From Octopus sinensis (Eukaryota), in contig NC_043011.1 of NCBI RefSeq assembly GCF_006345805.1, forward strand, positions 24,936,464-25,000,463: a stretch of DNA of 64,000 nt, read 5' to 3'. The position numbers were made by a program, and so were the translations under genes. The notes under the pieces are model-generated. The model was not told the origin of the DNA, did not search any database, and worked only from the letters and a program-made list of their open reading frames with translations. Below, in pieces: positions 37,628 through 51,567 of this stretch (the stretch's first letter is position 1; the number at the start of each line of letters is the position of its first letter).

Positions 37628-37845
37628 CGAGATAAGTTTTTCTGGGAGCTAGGATGCCTGCTCCTGCTTTCTTCACTTATTGACTTTTTAGTACATTTCT
37701 CTGGTGTCTGTGAGTCATCATCCAATGACCTAACAGCTGAGCTAAGAGCCTTATAATGGGCGGCCATTTCTCTGGTCAGCACCAAGTAAAAAAACATCCC
37801 TTCTCTTTTTAATCGGTAATTCTTGATGCTCACTCGCTTCAGTTC
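37628..37845 (-). CDS. SZT2: SZT2 exon
   Basis: tttcag|...|gtaagg; ELKRVSIKNYRLKREGMFFYLV..; phase 0 to 2. Confidence 0.88.
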
Positions 37846-38349
37846 CTGAAAAACATTACAAAACATTAAAACATTTCTGGTTATATTTATTGATTCGATA
37901 CAATGTAAATCTAGTATTGAATTCAAATTTTGGCACAGGGCCAGCAATTTTAAGAGGGGAGTATGTCGGTTACATCAACACCAGAATTCAACTGGTACTT
38001 AGGTTATTGACCCTGCAGGGATGAAAGGTAAAGTTGACCATGGCAGAATTTGAACTCAGAACGTAAAGATGAACAAAATGCCACTGGGCATTCTGCCCAA
38101 AGTGCTAACAATTCTTCCTGCTCACCACTTTAGATGGAATCTAATATTAATGACTTTTGCAATCATGTAGCAGCGATTATGACTATGTATAGGGAGCCAA
38201 ACACAGGAACCTCTGTAAGCTTGTTCAACCTGATTGTCTGGTGAAAAAAGCAATTGAATCTTCCTTGAAATCACACCTTGCTATCTTAAAATTTTAGGAC
38301 ACATTGGATAGTGAACTCATTCATACATATGTGTGTGTGTATGTATGAA

Positions 38350-38720
38350 GGCACAATGGCCCAGTGGTTAGGGCAGCGGACTTGCCGTCATAGGATTGCG
38401 GTTTTGATTCCCAGATGGGGTGTTGTGTTATAAGTGAAAACACAAATCTCCACGAGGCTCCGGCAGGGGGTGGTGGCAAATCCTGCTGTATTCTTTCACC
38501 ATAACTTTCTCTCACTCTTTCTTCTTGTTTCTACTGTACCTGTATTCCAAAGGGCCAGCCTCGTCACACTCTGTGTCAAGTTGAATCTCCTCAAAAAGTA
38601 TGTTATGGGTGCACATGTCTGTGGAGTGCTCAGCCACTTACATGTTAATTTCACGAGCAGGCTATTCCATTGATCGGGTCAACTGGAACCCTCGTCGTTG
38701 TAACCGACGGAGTGCCATGA
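38350..38720 (+). mobile_element. tRNA-derived SINE, further family
   Basis: Head tggcccagtggttagggcagcggact; 3' end gaaccctcgtcgttgtaaccgacggagtgcc; partial copies at 30275-30390 (-) and 52560-52850 (+). Confidence 0.7.
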
Positions 38721-39312
38721 TGTATGTATATACAAACATCCATACGCATGTATGTACACAAAAGCATTACATACATGCATATATGTGTGTGTGTGTGTAA
38801 CAAAGGTCCTCATGAATTAAAAAGTAACTCTCTAAGCATTTGCTCAACCTGCTAGAAATAGCTGTCAGGTCCCTCTCTTAGGACACACTCTACCATCTTA
38901 AAAAGAAGAATACATTAGATGATGTATTGCTAAGAAACCCTAAAAAAATAATAACAGGGCATTTACAGTTTGAAGGCTTTTTATCATATACCTGCTCAAT
39001 AAAGGTTGATTTAGGATTAGACAACAACAACAACAACAGCTGAAAATTCTGGTAATCTCAGCTAACATTTTCCAAACATGGTATAAATGAAGGCAACAAA
39101 TAATGTAACAATGCTATTTGATTCATCCACCACAAGATCCAGCCCTTGCTGGAGTGTGGTAACTTATGTGCCTCAAAGACCCTAAGAACTATGCCAGCAG
39201 AAAAAATAGAAAAGAATGGAAAAGAAGGACAAAAAAAATGTAATTTATTATTTATTACATGTTGGGGTTGATGAGAGGAGATATTGAACTGAGAGCAAAG
39301 AAAATGACTTAC

Positions 39313-39504
39313 TTCAATAAAACTCTCCAAACATTGGTCACTTCCAAAGACAAATTGTGGAAACACTTCTTCAATGTAACAAGATGATTTGCCCAGTTGC
39401 ACGGATTCCTGCACATGCTCAGTGACATTCTGAAGCTTGTCCTCTGTGATTGGGAAAACGTAACGGAGGGCACAGGCAATCTCATCTCGCAGTAACCATT
39501 CAAT
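39313..39504 (-). CDS. SZT2: SZT2 exon
   Basis: ttctag|...|gtaagt; IEWLLRDEIACALRYVFPI..FVFGSDQCLESFIE; phase 0 to 0. Confidence 0.9.
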
Positions 39505-40711
39505 CTAGAATGAAAAAAAAAAAGAGTAATATCATCATTTTTTTTTTGTCTGTCTTTCCATACAATTGGTAGGACAACACTTATTGAAGGAATATTTTCT
39601 ACAAGTCTCAATGAAGTTGTTGCAGATTCTGCAACTAGGTGCATTTAGGGCAGTTAACACTTTTGGACCACTGGAGTTGTATTTTTGATGGCTAATTTGG
39701 TGTTAATAATTGTTTTAAAGATTTTGGTTAGTTTTCTTTTTACTTTTAATTATTTTGTTTTTTGAGTGCCTTTTCCATTTGTGGACAGCTCCTAGCTGGC
39801 CAGCTCCATGTCAAACCGTCCAACACATGCCAGCATGGAAAGCAAATATTAAACTATGATGATCATCATCATTCAACAAAAAAAAAAGAATATTAGTCCA
39901 AGACAAATATTTCATATTCCACATGTTATCTCTCTCACCCCCACCCCATCAACATTATCATAATTACTACCTACAGTTCTCTCCCAGCTCTCTCCTGCAT
40001 CTCTCAACCTTCTCCCCACTCATGCATCATTGGTCATCCTCAACCTTTTATCTACCACTCCCTATATCCACCCTTCAATCTTTACAATTATTGCCTGCTT
40101 CCTCTCATTCTTCTATTCCTGCATTTCTTGCTTCCACATATAAATGCTTGCAATCCCCCACTCGTCCATACTCCTAGTTCTTCTGTCCCCATTCACTTCC
40201 ACTTACTTCATACCTTGAGGTCCCTGCTGGACACCTCATCACCATCATTTTATCTCTTTGCAGCTCCACCAGATCATTCTTACCCTCTCTTCCAAATGTG
40301 AGTAGCCATGTAACTCTTCTACAACAAATATCTACTCTTACCTCTTCTCTCATGGTGAGCTCACTAGTGCTGGTGGCATGAGAAAAGTATCTAACACACA
40401 CTGTAAAGAGTATCCAGTGACTGAAAACATGCCAAAGAAGACAATGGAGCACAATGCAGTCCTTGATCCCATCAGACCTTGTCAAACCTTCCAACCCGTG
40501 CTAGTATAGAACATGGACATTAAAAGATGATGATGATGATGATGATAGATATTATCATCTTCATCGTTTAACATCTACCTTCCATGCTGGAATTGGTTGG
40601 ACGGTTTCACAAGAGCTGGCCAGGCAGGAGCCTGCACCAAACTTTTGTGTCTGTTTTGGCAGGGTTTTAAAGGTTGGATGCCCTTCCTAACACCATATAT
40701 ACATACATACA

Positions 40712-41036
40712 TGGCTCAGTGGTTAGAGTGTCGAGCTTACGATCGTGAGGTTGTGAGTTCGAATCCCGGACCGGGCTGTGTATTGTGTTCTTGAGCAAGA
40801 CACTTTATTTCACGTTGCTCCAGTTCACTCAGCTGTAGAAATGAGTTGTGACGTCACAGGTGCCAAGCTGTATCGACCTTTGCCCTTCCCTTGGATAACA
40901 CTGGTGGTGTGGAGAGGGGAAGCCAGTATGCATGAGCGACTGCTAGTCTTCCATAAACAACCTTGCCCGGACTTGTGCCTGGAAGGGTAACATTCTAGGT
41001 GCAATCCCATGGTCAGTCATGACCAAAGGGGGTCTC
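40712..41036 (+). mobile_element. tRNA-derived SINE with intact A and B boxes; sister copies at 44654-44990 and 57277-57598
   Basis: TGGCTCAGTGG and GTTCGAATCC, core ttgtgttcttgagcaagacacttta, shared 3' end gaagggggtctc. Confidence 0.85.
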
Positions 41037-41517
41037 AATATAAATATCTTTTATCATTTATTTGTTTTAGTCTGTAGACTGTAGCCATGCTGGGGCACTG
41101 CCTTGAAGAATTTTAGTCAAATAAATCAACCCCTTTTTTATTTAAGCCTGGTACTTATCCTATCAGTATCTTTTGGCAAACCACTAAGTTATGGGGATAT
41201 AAGCACACCAAGAACAGTTGTCAAGCAGTGGTGGGGGACAAACAGACACAAACACACAAATAAGATAGACTGCTTTCAGTTTCTGTCAACCAAATCCACC
41301 CACAAGGCTTTGGTCAACCTGAGGCTATAGTAGAAGATATTTGCCTACGATGCCACACAGTGAAATTGAACCTGGAAGCATGTGGTTGGGAAGCAAACTT
41401 CTTAACCGCACAGCCGTAAAATTCAATTTTTGATTACAGCTGATTTCAGATATTTTAGATATTTAAGGAGTTAAAAACAAAACAAGGAAAAATAACAAAA
41501 ACTGGTGAAATGTTTAC

Positions 41518-41590
41518 TTCATGTTTACAATCCATAACAGCTTCATGGTAAGACTTTGGTAAAATATTGAATAGATGATGGTGTTGGAAA
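41518..41590 (-). CDS. SZT2: SZT2 small exon (73 nt)
   Basis: tttcag|...|gtaaac; FQHHHLFNILPKSYHEAVMDCKHE; phase 2 to 0. Confidence 0.82.
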
Positions 41591-42023
41591 CTGAAAGAAA
41601 AAAAAGAAAAAGAGAGAGAAAGAAAAGGATAAGTATTAAATTTTTCTCTATTTTTAAATATTATTAAATATTTTTAAATATTATCAAAATAACCACCACT
41701 TTTATTAGTATATTTTTAGGTGGTTTTTTTTTCTTTGTTTTTTTTTTCCAAGTTAGCATCAACTGGCCTGGTTTGCAAATACCGTCCTTACTCTTTTGCT
41801 TTTGTTCCTTATCAGTTCCTTAACACATTAACATTCAGATTACTCTGTGAAATGCAATGCTTATTTTATTCACATTCTTTGAATTAATCATGCCTTATCT
41901 CGTAGATTCAAGGTTTTGATAATGTGACTATTTTCAAACTGACATTGTAGAGTACGTGTGAAAGGCTGGATCTGGTTGGCTTGAAAATAAAACAGAGAAC
42001 ACAACCATATATATATATATGGT

Positions 42024-42033
<10 letters not shown>

Positions 42034-42089
<56 letters not shown>
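42034..42089. repeat. (TA)n microsatellite
   Basis: Uninterrupted TA run. Confidence 0.95.
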
Positions 42090-42090
<1 letters not shown>

Positions 42091-43608
42091 TTATTGTATA
42101 TACTTATGTATGTATATAGATATTGATATGCAACCCCATTACAGAAGTAATAAATAGATAAATTAATTGATTGGTTGATTGAATAATGGACCTAAATATT
42201 TGAGTATGTTATTATTCTTCTAATTCTAGATTTTAATAACCTACAGAAACCTCCTTTCATTCTACTTATACCTTAACCCCCACTCCCCACACCACTTAAA
42301 TATAACATTAAAAGTAATTAACTGAATAAATAGACGGATATTTTAAAGGACTGAATGACTGACTGGTCCATTAATTAAGTGACTCAACACTATTACATGG
42401 AGCCTTGCATTTGAGGCATTTTGTCAGATAAAATAGATTTTAAACAATTTTAGTAGTAAATAACGACAACTTTCTAAACTCTCTGACAAAGCCCAGAAGC
42501 ACAACCAAGAACCTTAATTTTATCTATCAAATACTTCAGTTTACTGAAGGGATGGAAATAAAGTGGGGTACTATGACCTCTTGGCTGAAACAGCTGTAAG
42601 AAACTATTTCTACTTTCTACATTATATATTTTAATAATTACTGGTATTTTTATATATATAAAGCATGATATACTATACATGTATGTATATTGTTATAAAT
42701 GTTTTTTAAAAAAATAAATAAACAAACATAATATAATGTCTAAAAGTTGATGAATACCACCTCTTGATCCCCTCCATTTTCTTGTTGTATAATTTAAGGG
42801 TAAAACACCTTTTTACCCTAACCCATTCATTACATTCAGTAGTGTAATTGCCACACAATAAAAAATGTGCATTAATAATTGAGTATTCTACTAGCAGTAT
42901 ATTGGACAGATATTATCCCTTAGTTGGTTGGATTCACAACCTATAACTCTCTTGGAATTATATACATACATACATACATATATATATCATCATCATTTAA
43001 CGTCCGTTTTCCATGCTAGCACGAGTTGGCCGGTTCGACCGGGGTCTGGGAAGCCAGGAGGCTGCACCAGGCTCCAGTCTGATCTGGCAGTGTTTCTACA
43101 GTTGGATGCCCTGCCTAATGCCAACCACTCCGTGAGTGTAGCAGTTGCTTTTTATGTGCCACCTGCACAGAAGCCAGTCAAGGTGGTGCTGGCATCGGCC
43201 ACATTCGGATGGTGCTTTTTACGTGCCACCGGCACAGGTATCACAACTACAATTTCCATTTGATATTTATTTTGATGTTGATGTACTTTACTCAATAGGT
43301 CTCCTCAAGCACAGCAGGTCACCCTACGATCCAAGGTAAGCACAGCAGAATTCAAGGCCAGCAATATAGAGTTTATGTCATCAACCCTGAAGGGATGAAA
43401 GTTAAAGTTGACCTCAACAAGATTAGAACTCAGAACATAGAGTTAGAAGAAATACAACTGCCCACTTTGGGAACCACTGGTCTACACCCTTAATCTTTTT
43501 TGAATGCTCAACAAATTATCCTACTAGGCAGTAACGTTTATTAATGGAGAAGTAATTGTGTAGTAAAAGACCCATAAATATGTATATCAATGGCATTACA
43601 AGACATAC

Positions 43609-43789
43609 CCTTTCATACATGATTCCTCCTCAGTCTCAGAATATACTGATCTGTTGTCTGCTTTTGGTGGCCTATCATTGTACTGTTCAAGGTCTACACG
43701 CAACGTTAAGCAGTAGAAATCAAAAGTCACCTTCAAGTTTTCAAAATCTAGTTCAGTTAGCTTGTCAGTAAAATGACTGGTTATTTCAG
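43609..43789 (-). CDS. SZT2: SZT2 exon
   Basis: ccacag|...|gtatgt; ..ELDFENLKVTFDFYCLTLRVD..; phase 1 to 2; a second donor lies 10 nt away. Confidence 0.82.
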
Positions 43790-45421
43790 CTGTGGAAACA
43801 GAAAATAGAAAACATTTTACTTTTATTGGTTACATGGCTAATAATGGAAAAATTTGAAAGTTTTTAAAATCTCACTTGAGTTTAAGTTGTGCTGCATGCT
43901 GGAGAAACTATACAGGAACAATAAACTAGAACTATTTTCAAAGAATATATAACAAAGAATAAAAACAAACAAATCCAAACAAAAGAATTGCTACGTTTTA
44001 CCTTTTTACTTGTTTCAGTTATTAGATTGCAGTCATACTGGGGCACTGCCTTGAAGAATTTTAAGTTAGCTGGATCAACCCCAGTCATTTCCTTTTTTAT
44101 TTTATAAGCCTGGTCTCTTTTGCCAAATTGCTAAGATACAGGGATGTAAACACACCAACACTAGGCACAAAGATACACACACACACACACACACATTACA
44201 ACGTGCTCTTTTCAGTTTCCATCTACCAAATTCACTCACAAGGCTCTGGTTGGCCTGAGGGTATAGTAGAAGACACTTGCCCAAGGTACCACACAGTGGG
44301 ACTGGACTCAGAACCATATTGTTGCGCAGCAAATCTCTTGCCACGCAGCCAAGCCTATTATTTTATTGCGTCCATTTCATGCTGTTATGTGGGAGTTTTG
44401 TCACCTACGTCAGTGGGATGGCCCCCTGACAACTGGAACCACAACAGAGATGCTTCACTACCTGAACTCCTGCATTCATAGATGGAATACAGTAACACCT
44501 TCAGCACACAAGTGTTTACCCTAAATATGAGAGAGCCTTTGCATCTTCAGGCAAATTAAATTCAGATCATTGTTTTTATTGATGAAAATCATGTTGTCAA
44601 AATTTTATTATAAATTCATATTATAATGAATTATATAGAATAGTGAAGGTTCATGGCTCAGTGGTTAGAGTGTCAGGCTTACAATCATGAGGTAGTGAGT
44701 TCGATTCCCAGACAAGGCTGGGCTGTGTGTTGTGTTCTTGAGTAAGATGTTTTATTTTACATTGCTCCAGTTTACTCAGCTGTAAAAATGAGTTGCGACA
44801 TCACTGGCGCCAAGCTGTATCGGCCTTTGCTTTTCCCTTGGGTAATCATCAGTGGCATGGAGAGGGGAGGCCAGTATGCATGGGCAATTGTTGGTTTTCC
44901 ATAAACAACCTTGCTCAGGCTTGTGCCTCAGAGGGTAACTTTCTAGGTGCAATCCTATGGTCAATCATGACTGAAAGGGTCCTTACTCTTTACCCTTTAT
45001 TATAATGAAATTTTGATTAAGATCATATTATTTAAATACAAAGACATAAGTACAGAGATTCCCATGTCAAAAGTGATGCTTACTAATTCACATTGTTTTG
45101 AATTAATTATGCATTATTTTTATCTATGAAATTTTGGTGAAGTAACTGTTAATCTTTAGAATGCTATTGAAGGGTTGGTGTGAAAGGCCAGACCTGGCCA
45201 ATTTAAACATAAAACAGGTAGAATATTTTGGTCAAGTATGACTGGTTTAGATGTTAAAAGGTTACAAAAAACATGTACTGGACTAGATTTGCTTGGCTAA
45301 AACCCTTCAAGGTGGTGCCCCAGCATGGTCAAAACACATTGCCTGAAACAAGTATGAAGATAAAAAAAAAGAAAAGCTAAAACAGGAAAAAGTTCAAAAC
45401 AAAATGAAAAATAAAAATTAC

Positions 45422-45691
45422 CCAGACATGTTGGAAGGGTGCTGACAATTCTGTGATGAAAATCCGAGTTCTGTTTAATGGTACAAGTGAAGCAAACAAA
45501 GAGAGGATACATCATATCATCAGAGTCAAATGATTCCATGCCACTGCTTGATGAAGACTGGACGTCAGAATCAGAATCGCTTGAAACATTTTTGCAAGAA
45601 TTTTCAAATTTCTCAGACATCTTGAAAGATCCTGGTGAGTCCAAAAGGATATCTGTGTCTTCAGTAGTTGTGAAACCTTTGCCATTTGAAT
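45422..45691 (-). CDS. SZT2: SZT2 exon
   Basis: ttgcag|...|gtaatt; acidic/Ser-rich then PLFVCFTCTIKQNSDFHHRIVSTLPTCL; phase 1 to 1. Confidence 0.88.
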
Positions 45692-46331
45692 CTGCAACAT
45701 AAAAATACAATATGAAATACCAATAACTTTCAAACAATTAAATATCTAAGAAGGCCTGCAAAGACCATGGGCTCTGGCACTTCCTCCAGATTCATCAAGT
45801 TAAAAAAATAAATGTAGTTTATATTCCCTTAAATATCTAAATGTCTGACATGACTTGTTGTTTATAATAAATAATTGTCTTTAATGGTGGAACTCAGAAT
45901 AGGCAAATAAACATAATGTAAATATCAGGTTAAAAAATCTTTGAATGGAAAAAGTTGAAAGCTGCTCATTAGTCATCATCATGTAATATCTGTTTTCCAT
46001 GCTGGCATGGGTTGGACGGTTTGACAGGAACTGACCAGTTGAAGAGCTGCCCAGGCACCATGTTTGTTTTGGCATGGCTTCTATGGTTGGATGCCCTTCC
46101 TAACACCAACCACTCTACAGTGTATACTGGATGAATTTACACAGCACCGGTACAGGCGTATTTCATATGGCACCAGCACCCACAAGATGAATAATATAGT
46201 TTGTAAGTACAGGTAAAATGGTTTTTATACTAAGTTGAGTTGTTCCATTAACTTACAATCTGGTAAATCACTAATAGCAAAAAAAAAAAAAAAAAATAAC
46301 AAAATTAAGAAAAGAAGTCAAAAGTACATAC

Positions 46332-46380
46332 CATTTGTTGTTTGATTCTGTTCTGACAAGTTAGAGGTTTGTTCAAATGG
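46332..46380 (-). CDS. SZT2: SZT2 small exon (49 nt)
   Basis: tttcag|...|gtatgt; PFEQTSNLSEQNQTTN; supplies the phase 0 to 1 change needed between its neighbours. Confidence 0.75.
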
Positions 46381-47159
46381 CTGAAATAAACAATGGTTGA
46401 AAATATATTTAATATATTCTACAAGTTAAGCACTTGTTATCATTGTAATCTTTACATTTGATTTTTTGGTTTTTTAGTTTTTTTAAACCCTTTTGACAGC
46501 AAACCCACCTTTGAATGCCTCTGCTTCTATGATATCCCTTTTTAAAGTGAGCTAACTTTAAAACCTTCCATAAAAATCTCATGTTAATTCATATTCTAGA
46601 CATAAGGCAGTGAGCTGGTAGAATCATTAGCACACCAAGCAAAACACTAAGTGGCACTGCATTTAAATTGATTAAAACAACGGCTTCGTATTTCAACAGA
46701 TATATGGTAACATAAAGACTAAATCTTGTTATTTAGCCATTCCTAACCAAATAAACCTCTCCAGCTTTTTACTTTTTGCTTTTCTTTTCAGATATATTGC
46801 ACATAAGATTTTGTTAATAAAATTCACAGTTCCTATAATCCTAATGTTTCAGACAAAGCCCTTTGCCTGTAAAACAAAAATACTTCTTACCTACATGGCA
46901 CAATAATTCATCCAAATTTTCAAATTTCAGTGTAAAATCTTTGCCAACCAATACCTTCCAGGATCCTAAATATTTTTTTTTTTTGCTAAATTATTATCAA
47001 ATGAATCCTTATTTCTAAAATTGTAAAGAGTAATTTGAGAGAAAAGATGTGCCTATTATTTCTAGCAGTTTAGGGAATTGTCAAGAGATTCCTTTCATTG
47101 GCTTAATTTCTCTCTCTTTTTTTTTTTCTTTTTTGAAAATGAAAACAAAATTTATATTT

Positions 47160-47505
47160 GCATTTCAAGGACATCTGCAAGAGAGATATGAAGTTGCTGG
47201 ATCTGGATGTCCTGTGATGGAAGGAGATAGCAAATGATGACCCCATGCTGGAGACAAATATTTTGAAAGGGGATGAAGTAAGGGGAAGGGAAACAGGAAC
47301 TTGCCACCTAAGAAAAGCACACTCAACTGAAGGAAAAACCAGTAGCACCAGCAGAGAGCTCCTTCACATGTAGTCGCTGTATGCATGACTGCCACTCTAG
47401 TGTAGGCCTCTACAGTAACAGCAGATGCAGCACCACCATCAGCAGCTGACACAATTTCTTCAGGCACAGATCCATGATGTCTCAAGACTGAAAGATGCTT
47501 ACTAC
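47160..47505 (+). mobile_element. RTE LINE extreme 3' end (second family, with Cys/His motif)
   Basis: Plus frame reads KDICKRDMKLLDLDVL*WKEIAND..FTCSRCMHDCHSSVGLYSNSRC, i.e. an RTE C-terminal zinc-finger-like end. Confidence 0.7.
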
Positions 47506-47565
47506 TAATGTCCTAATATCCACTTATCAAAATTAAACACATGCACAACTGAACTCCTATCTTAA

Positions 47566-47776
47566 CCCTTTAGCATTTAATCTAGCCATATCCAGCTCAA
47601 ATATTCTACCTGTTTTATGTTCAAATTGGCCAGATGTGGCCTTTCATACCTACCCTACAATGCCATTGTAAAAGTATACGATCACATACATCATCACAGT
47701 TTTAAAGCTACTAGATAATATATGATTAATTCAAAACAATGAGAATAAATGACAGAAAAATCTGAATATTAATGGG
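47566..47776. mobile_element. piggyBac-like MITE (TTAA TSD); about 10 copies in window
   Basis: ttaa|ccctttagcatt ... aatattaatggg|ttaa; related copies near 11180-11335, 19110-19320, 32455-32640, 35520-35735, 41818-42000, 45050-45265, 52470-53012, 55812-56029, 57910-58132. Confidence 0.78.
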
Positions 47777-48673
47777 TTAAGTCTCTTTTTCTCTTTACTG
47801 TTAATAGTGTAAGTATTTTGTCGGACAACAATTCTTTAGCATACAAAAAACTATTTTCTCAGTTTATAACAGAAGAATTTTATGAAAGAGAACAGTTAGG
47901 AACACACCAATTGTATATATTTTGAAAGCAAGAAAAATATTGACAGAAAAATATCCATTTTAAGTCGCTAAAATTTTCACTTTCAATTGAGAATCATAAA
48001 TAAAAAAAAGAATTTCAACCAAATAACAGATTTATCAAAGATCAGAGGAAATGTCAAGAAGAATATATGATGAACACAGCATAATATACATGCTCCTTTA
48101 GCCACATAGTTTTGAGTTCAATCCTACTGTATGGTACCTTTGACAGGTATCTTCTACATAACTCTATGCCAACCAGTGCTTTATAAATGGATTTAGCTGT
48201 TGGGAACTGAAAGAAGCCCAATGTGTGTGTGTGTGCGTGTGTATAAAGTGAGTGAACAAACAAAAGAAAGTAGCACTAAACACATTTGGTAACAAAGGAT
48301 ACCATTTGCATCATTGTGACACTCATTAACCACTATCACACAATGTCAAGCCAAGGAGACAGTAATACACACACACACACACACACACATACACACGCAT
48401 ATATTCATATATACACAATGGGCTTCTTTCAGTTTCTATCTATCAGATCCACTCAGAAGGCTTTGGTTGGCCTAAGGCACTTGCCTGAGTTGCCGTACAG
48501 TGGGACTGAACCCCAAAACCATGAAACTGGGAAGCAAACTTCTTACCATACAGCCACACTTGTACTTGTTCAACATAATCAAAGAAATATTATTATTATC
48601 ATTATTATTATTATTGATTTAAATGAGAAGCCAAAAAAAGACTATAGAAATTGGTCATCTAGTAACTACTTAC

Positions 48674-48890
48674 CACATTATCACTGAAGCCAGACTGAAT
48701 AGGACAGTAGAAATAGTAACCAGGACAATTTGGCACTGGTAAGAACCATGTACTCATCGTTTCCTTAAACTTGGTGGGAATAATCTGATGCAATTCTGAA
48801 ATGTATTCACAACAGAAACCTTCCTCTGTGGGTGCCACTGGAACAGGTACTCGGCCTGGTGGAAGCTGAAACAATGGCTGGTCAATATTT
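48674..48890 (-). CDS. SZT2: SZT2 exon
   Basis: gtccag|...|gtaagt; NIDQPLFQL..WFLPVPNCPGYYFYCP; phase 2 to 0. Confidence 0.88.
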
Positions 48891-50216
48891 CTGGACAAAA
48901 ATAGAATGATACTGACATGGAGTTTAAGTAAATCATAGTTAAGGGAAGTCATCATCATCATGGCCATCATCATCATTTAACATCTGCCTTCCATGCTAGT
49001 AAGGGTGGGATGGTTTGGCAAGAGCCAGCCAGGCAGAAGCCCGCACCAGACTTCTGTAACTTTTTGGGCAGGATTTTTACAGTTGGATGCCCTTCCTAAC
49101 ACCAACCACTCAGCGGAGTGGACTTAGTGCTTTTTAACTTTTTACATTACATAAACACAGGTAAGATCAGTTTTGGTAAGGTTTTTGCAGCTGGATGCCC
49201 TTCCAAATGCCAACCACTTTACAGTTAAGTGGCACCTGCACTGACAGGGTCACTAAGTACTTGCAAGACAAAATAAAATCTCTTTTGAGAGAGGAGGGAG
49301 CACTGGAAGAAGTGATCTTGTGTCAGATGATGAAAGATTATAATGAGACAGAAACAGGTGTCTTGCTGTATGGGAGATACTAGGTTACCCGGCTGGGGAG
49401 AGAGAGAGAGAGAGAGATCAGGAATGAAGACAGAAACAGGTGTGCTGCTGCAAAGGAAATACACGGTTACCCAACCTGAGGGAAGTGTAGGAGGAGAAGA
49501 GAGAGTTGAAGACAGCAGGATAGAGTTGGTGGCAAAGTGCCGGGTATATTTACAAGGGACGGGGATCTGAATATAAATGGGATGGTTGAGTAATGGAAGA
49601 GAGAGATATAGATGGTGGCAAGTGCCAGGGCACACACTTGAGGTTCAAACACCATAAAGACAATATATCAGCAGTAAATTGTTGAGTATTGAAAAAGTAA
49701 TTTCTATATATTATAATAAAATAAACCAGAACATCAATTTAGAAATATGATGGATTCAAATTTTGGCACAAGGCCAGCAATTTTGGAGCAGGGGCTAAGT
49801 CAATTACATTGACCCCAGTGTTCGTATGGTACTTATTTTATCGACTCTGAAAGGATGAAAGGCAAAGTCAACTCCAATGGAATTTGAACTCAGAACGTGA
49901 GGACGGATGAATTGCTGCTAAGCATTTTGCCTGGTGTGCTAATGATTCTACATAATCACTACGTTAATTTAGAAATATAATTCTGTATCTTTAAATAACC
50001 AGAGTAGAAAACATGACATAGATTTAGAGCATACAAATAACCAGTTCCTGTCAAGCCATCCAACCCATGCCAGCATGGAAACCGGACGTTAAAAGTTGAT
50101 GATGATACATGCAATATTTTGCACCAAAGACATAAATTCTAGAAATTCTACTTACACATTTTAATATCATGATGTTTGTTAAAGGGAAACAAAATGGACA
50201 ACCTTGTATAGCTCAC

Positions 50217-50460
50217 CTTTCACTGCTGTCTGCGAATCGGACAGCTGATTTACGTGGAGAACCAGTGTTTAAAAAAGATGAATTATCTTCCTCTGCATTC
50301 TGTTTCAGCTTGGTGATGGCTTGTCGAAAATGTCCACAGGTAGCATGTAAGAAATTCACAATGTTTATTTCTATAGGTAACAATTCTTCGCAAATATTGA
50401 CAGCTGCATCCATGTCCAATTTATCTACGTAGTGCTGATCAGTCAAATTTCGGAAAATTC
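50217..50460 (-). CDS. SZT2: SZT2 exon
   Basis: ttgtag|...|gtgagc; GIFRNLTDQHYVDKLDMDAAVNICEELLPIEINIVNFLHATCGH; phase 1 to 2. Confidence 0.9.
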
Positions 50461-51567
50461 CTACAATATATCATGACATTTGGGATTTGTTAAAGAGAGA
50501 AAATAATAAATGACTGTCTCACTCACAAATGAATTCAAGACTTTTACTAATGCAATATTCTACAAATATTTTTACATTAACTGATACCTGCTTCTATGAA
50601 TGCTATTTTATTTCCTAATTAAAACTAGAAGTATCTTCAAACTAAATGTGTGTGTGTGTGTGTGTGTTGCTGCTTCCTTGTCTTTACATCACATGATACT
50701 TGCAAATCTGTGGCATCATTGAGCAAGCATTGTCCTTCATTTCCAATATTCCATGAAAAACATGTCTGGTCATGGGGAAATATTATTTTGTTGGCAACAG
50801 GAAGGGCATCCAACCATAGAAAATTTGCCTCAGCAAATTTCATCTGATGCATGCAAGCATGGGAAAATGGATTTAAAAAAAACAAACACACAGATGCACA
50901 CACACGCATGCATGCGCACACACACACTGGGCTTCTTTCTGCTTCTGTCCATCAAATCCACTCAGAAAGTTTTGGCCAACTCCACACAGTAGGATTGAAA
51001 CCAAAACCACAAGGTTGGGAAGCAAACATCTTAACCACACAGCCAGTGGAACAGTCAATTATGTGAAACCTAGTATTTGGAAAACATCAGTCAAGATTGA
51101 CTATTCTCCAATTTAAGGCCTTGTGCCTATGTAAGGAACCAATATGTAATAGGTGCAGGTGTGGCTGTGAAGTAATAAGTTTACTTCCTAACCACAAGGT
51201 TTCAAGTCCAGTCTCACTGCATGGTACCTTGGGCACGTGTCTTCAATTACAGCTTTGGGCCAACCAAAGTCTTGTAAGTCAATTTGGTAGAAGGAAAGTG
51301 TGTGTGTGTGTGTATGTGTCCTTGAATCTACTTCAAAACTGGTATTAGCTTGTTTATGCTCTTATAATTTAGAGGTTTGGCAAAAATGACTGACAGAATA
51401 AGTACTGGGGTCAATTCATTTTACTAAAACCCTTCAAGATGGTGCTCCAGCATGGCTGCAGTCAAATGAGTGAAGCAAGTAGAAGAAAGATTTATTGTTT
51501 AAAAAATAGATTTTCCAGACATTACCAAGAAAACAATATAGATCTGTCCTTTTGCAAATTTACTCAC

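Noticed and set aside
40712-40790. tRNA gene
   Set aside because: The tRNA-like head lacks a complete cloverleaf and continues into a shared ~250-nt SINE body found in three copies.
46891-46965. 75-nt exon-like segment (tttag|..SWKVLVGKDFTLKFENLDELLCHV|gtaag)
   Set aside because: It is open only as phase 1 to 1, but its position requires phase 0 to 0, where it contains stops. The upstream tract is A-rich rather than pyrimidine-rich.
47165-47485. 106-aa minus-strand ORF as a possible SZT2 exon
   Set aside because: Wrong phase, and better explained as the antisense of a plus-strand RTE C-terminus.
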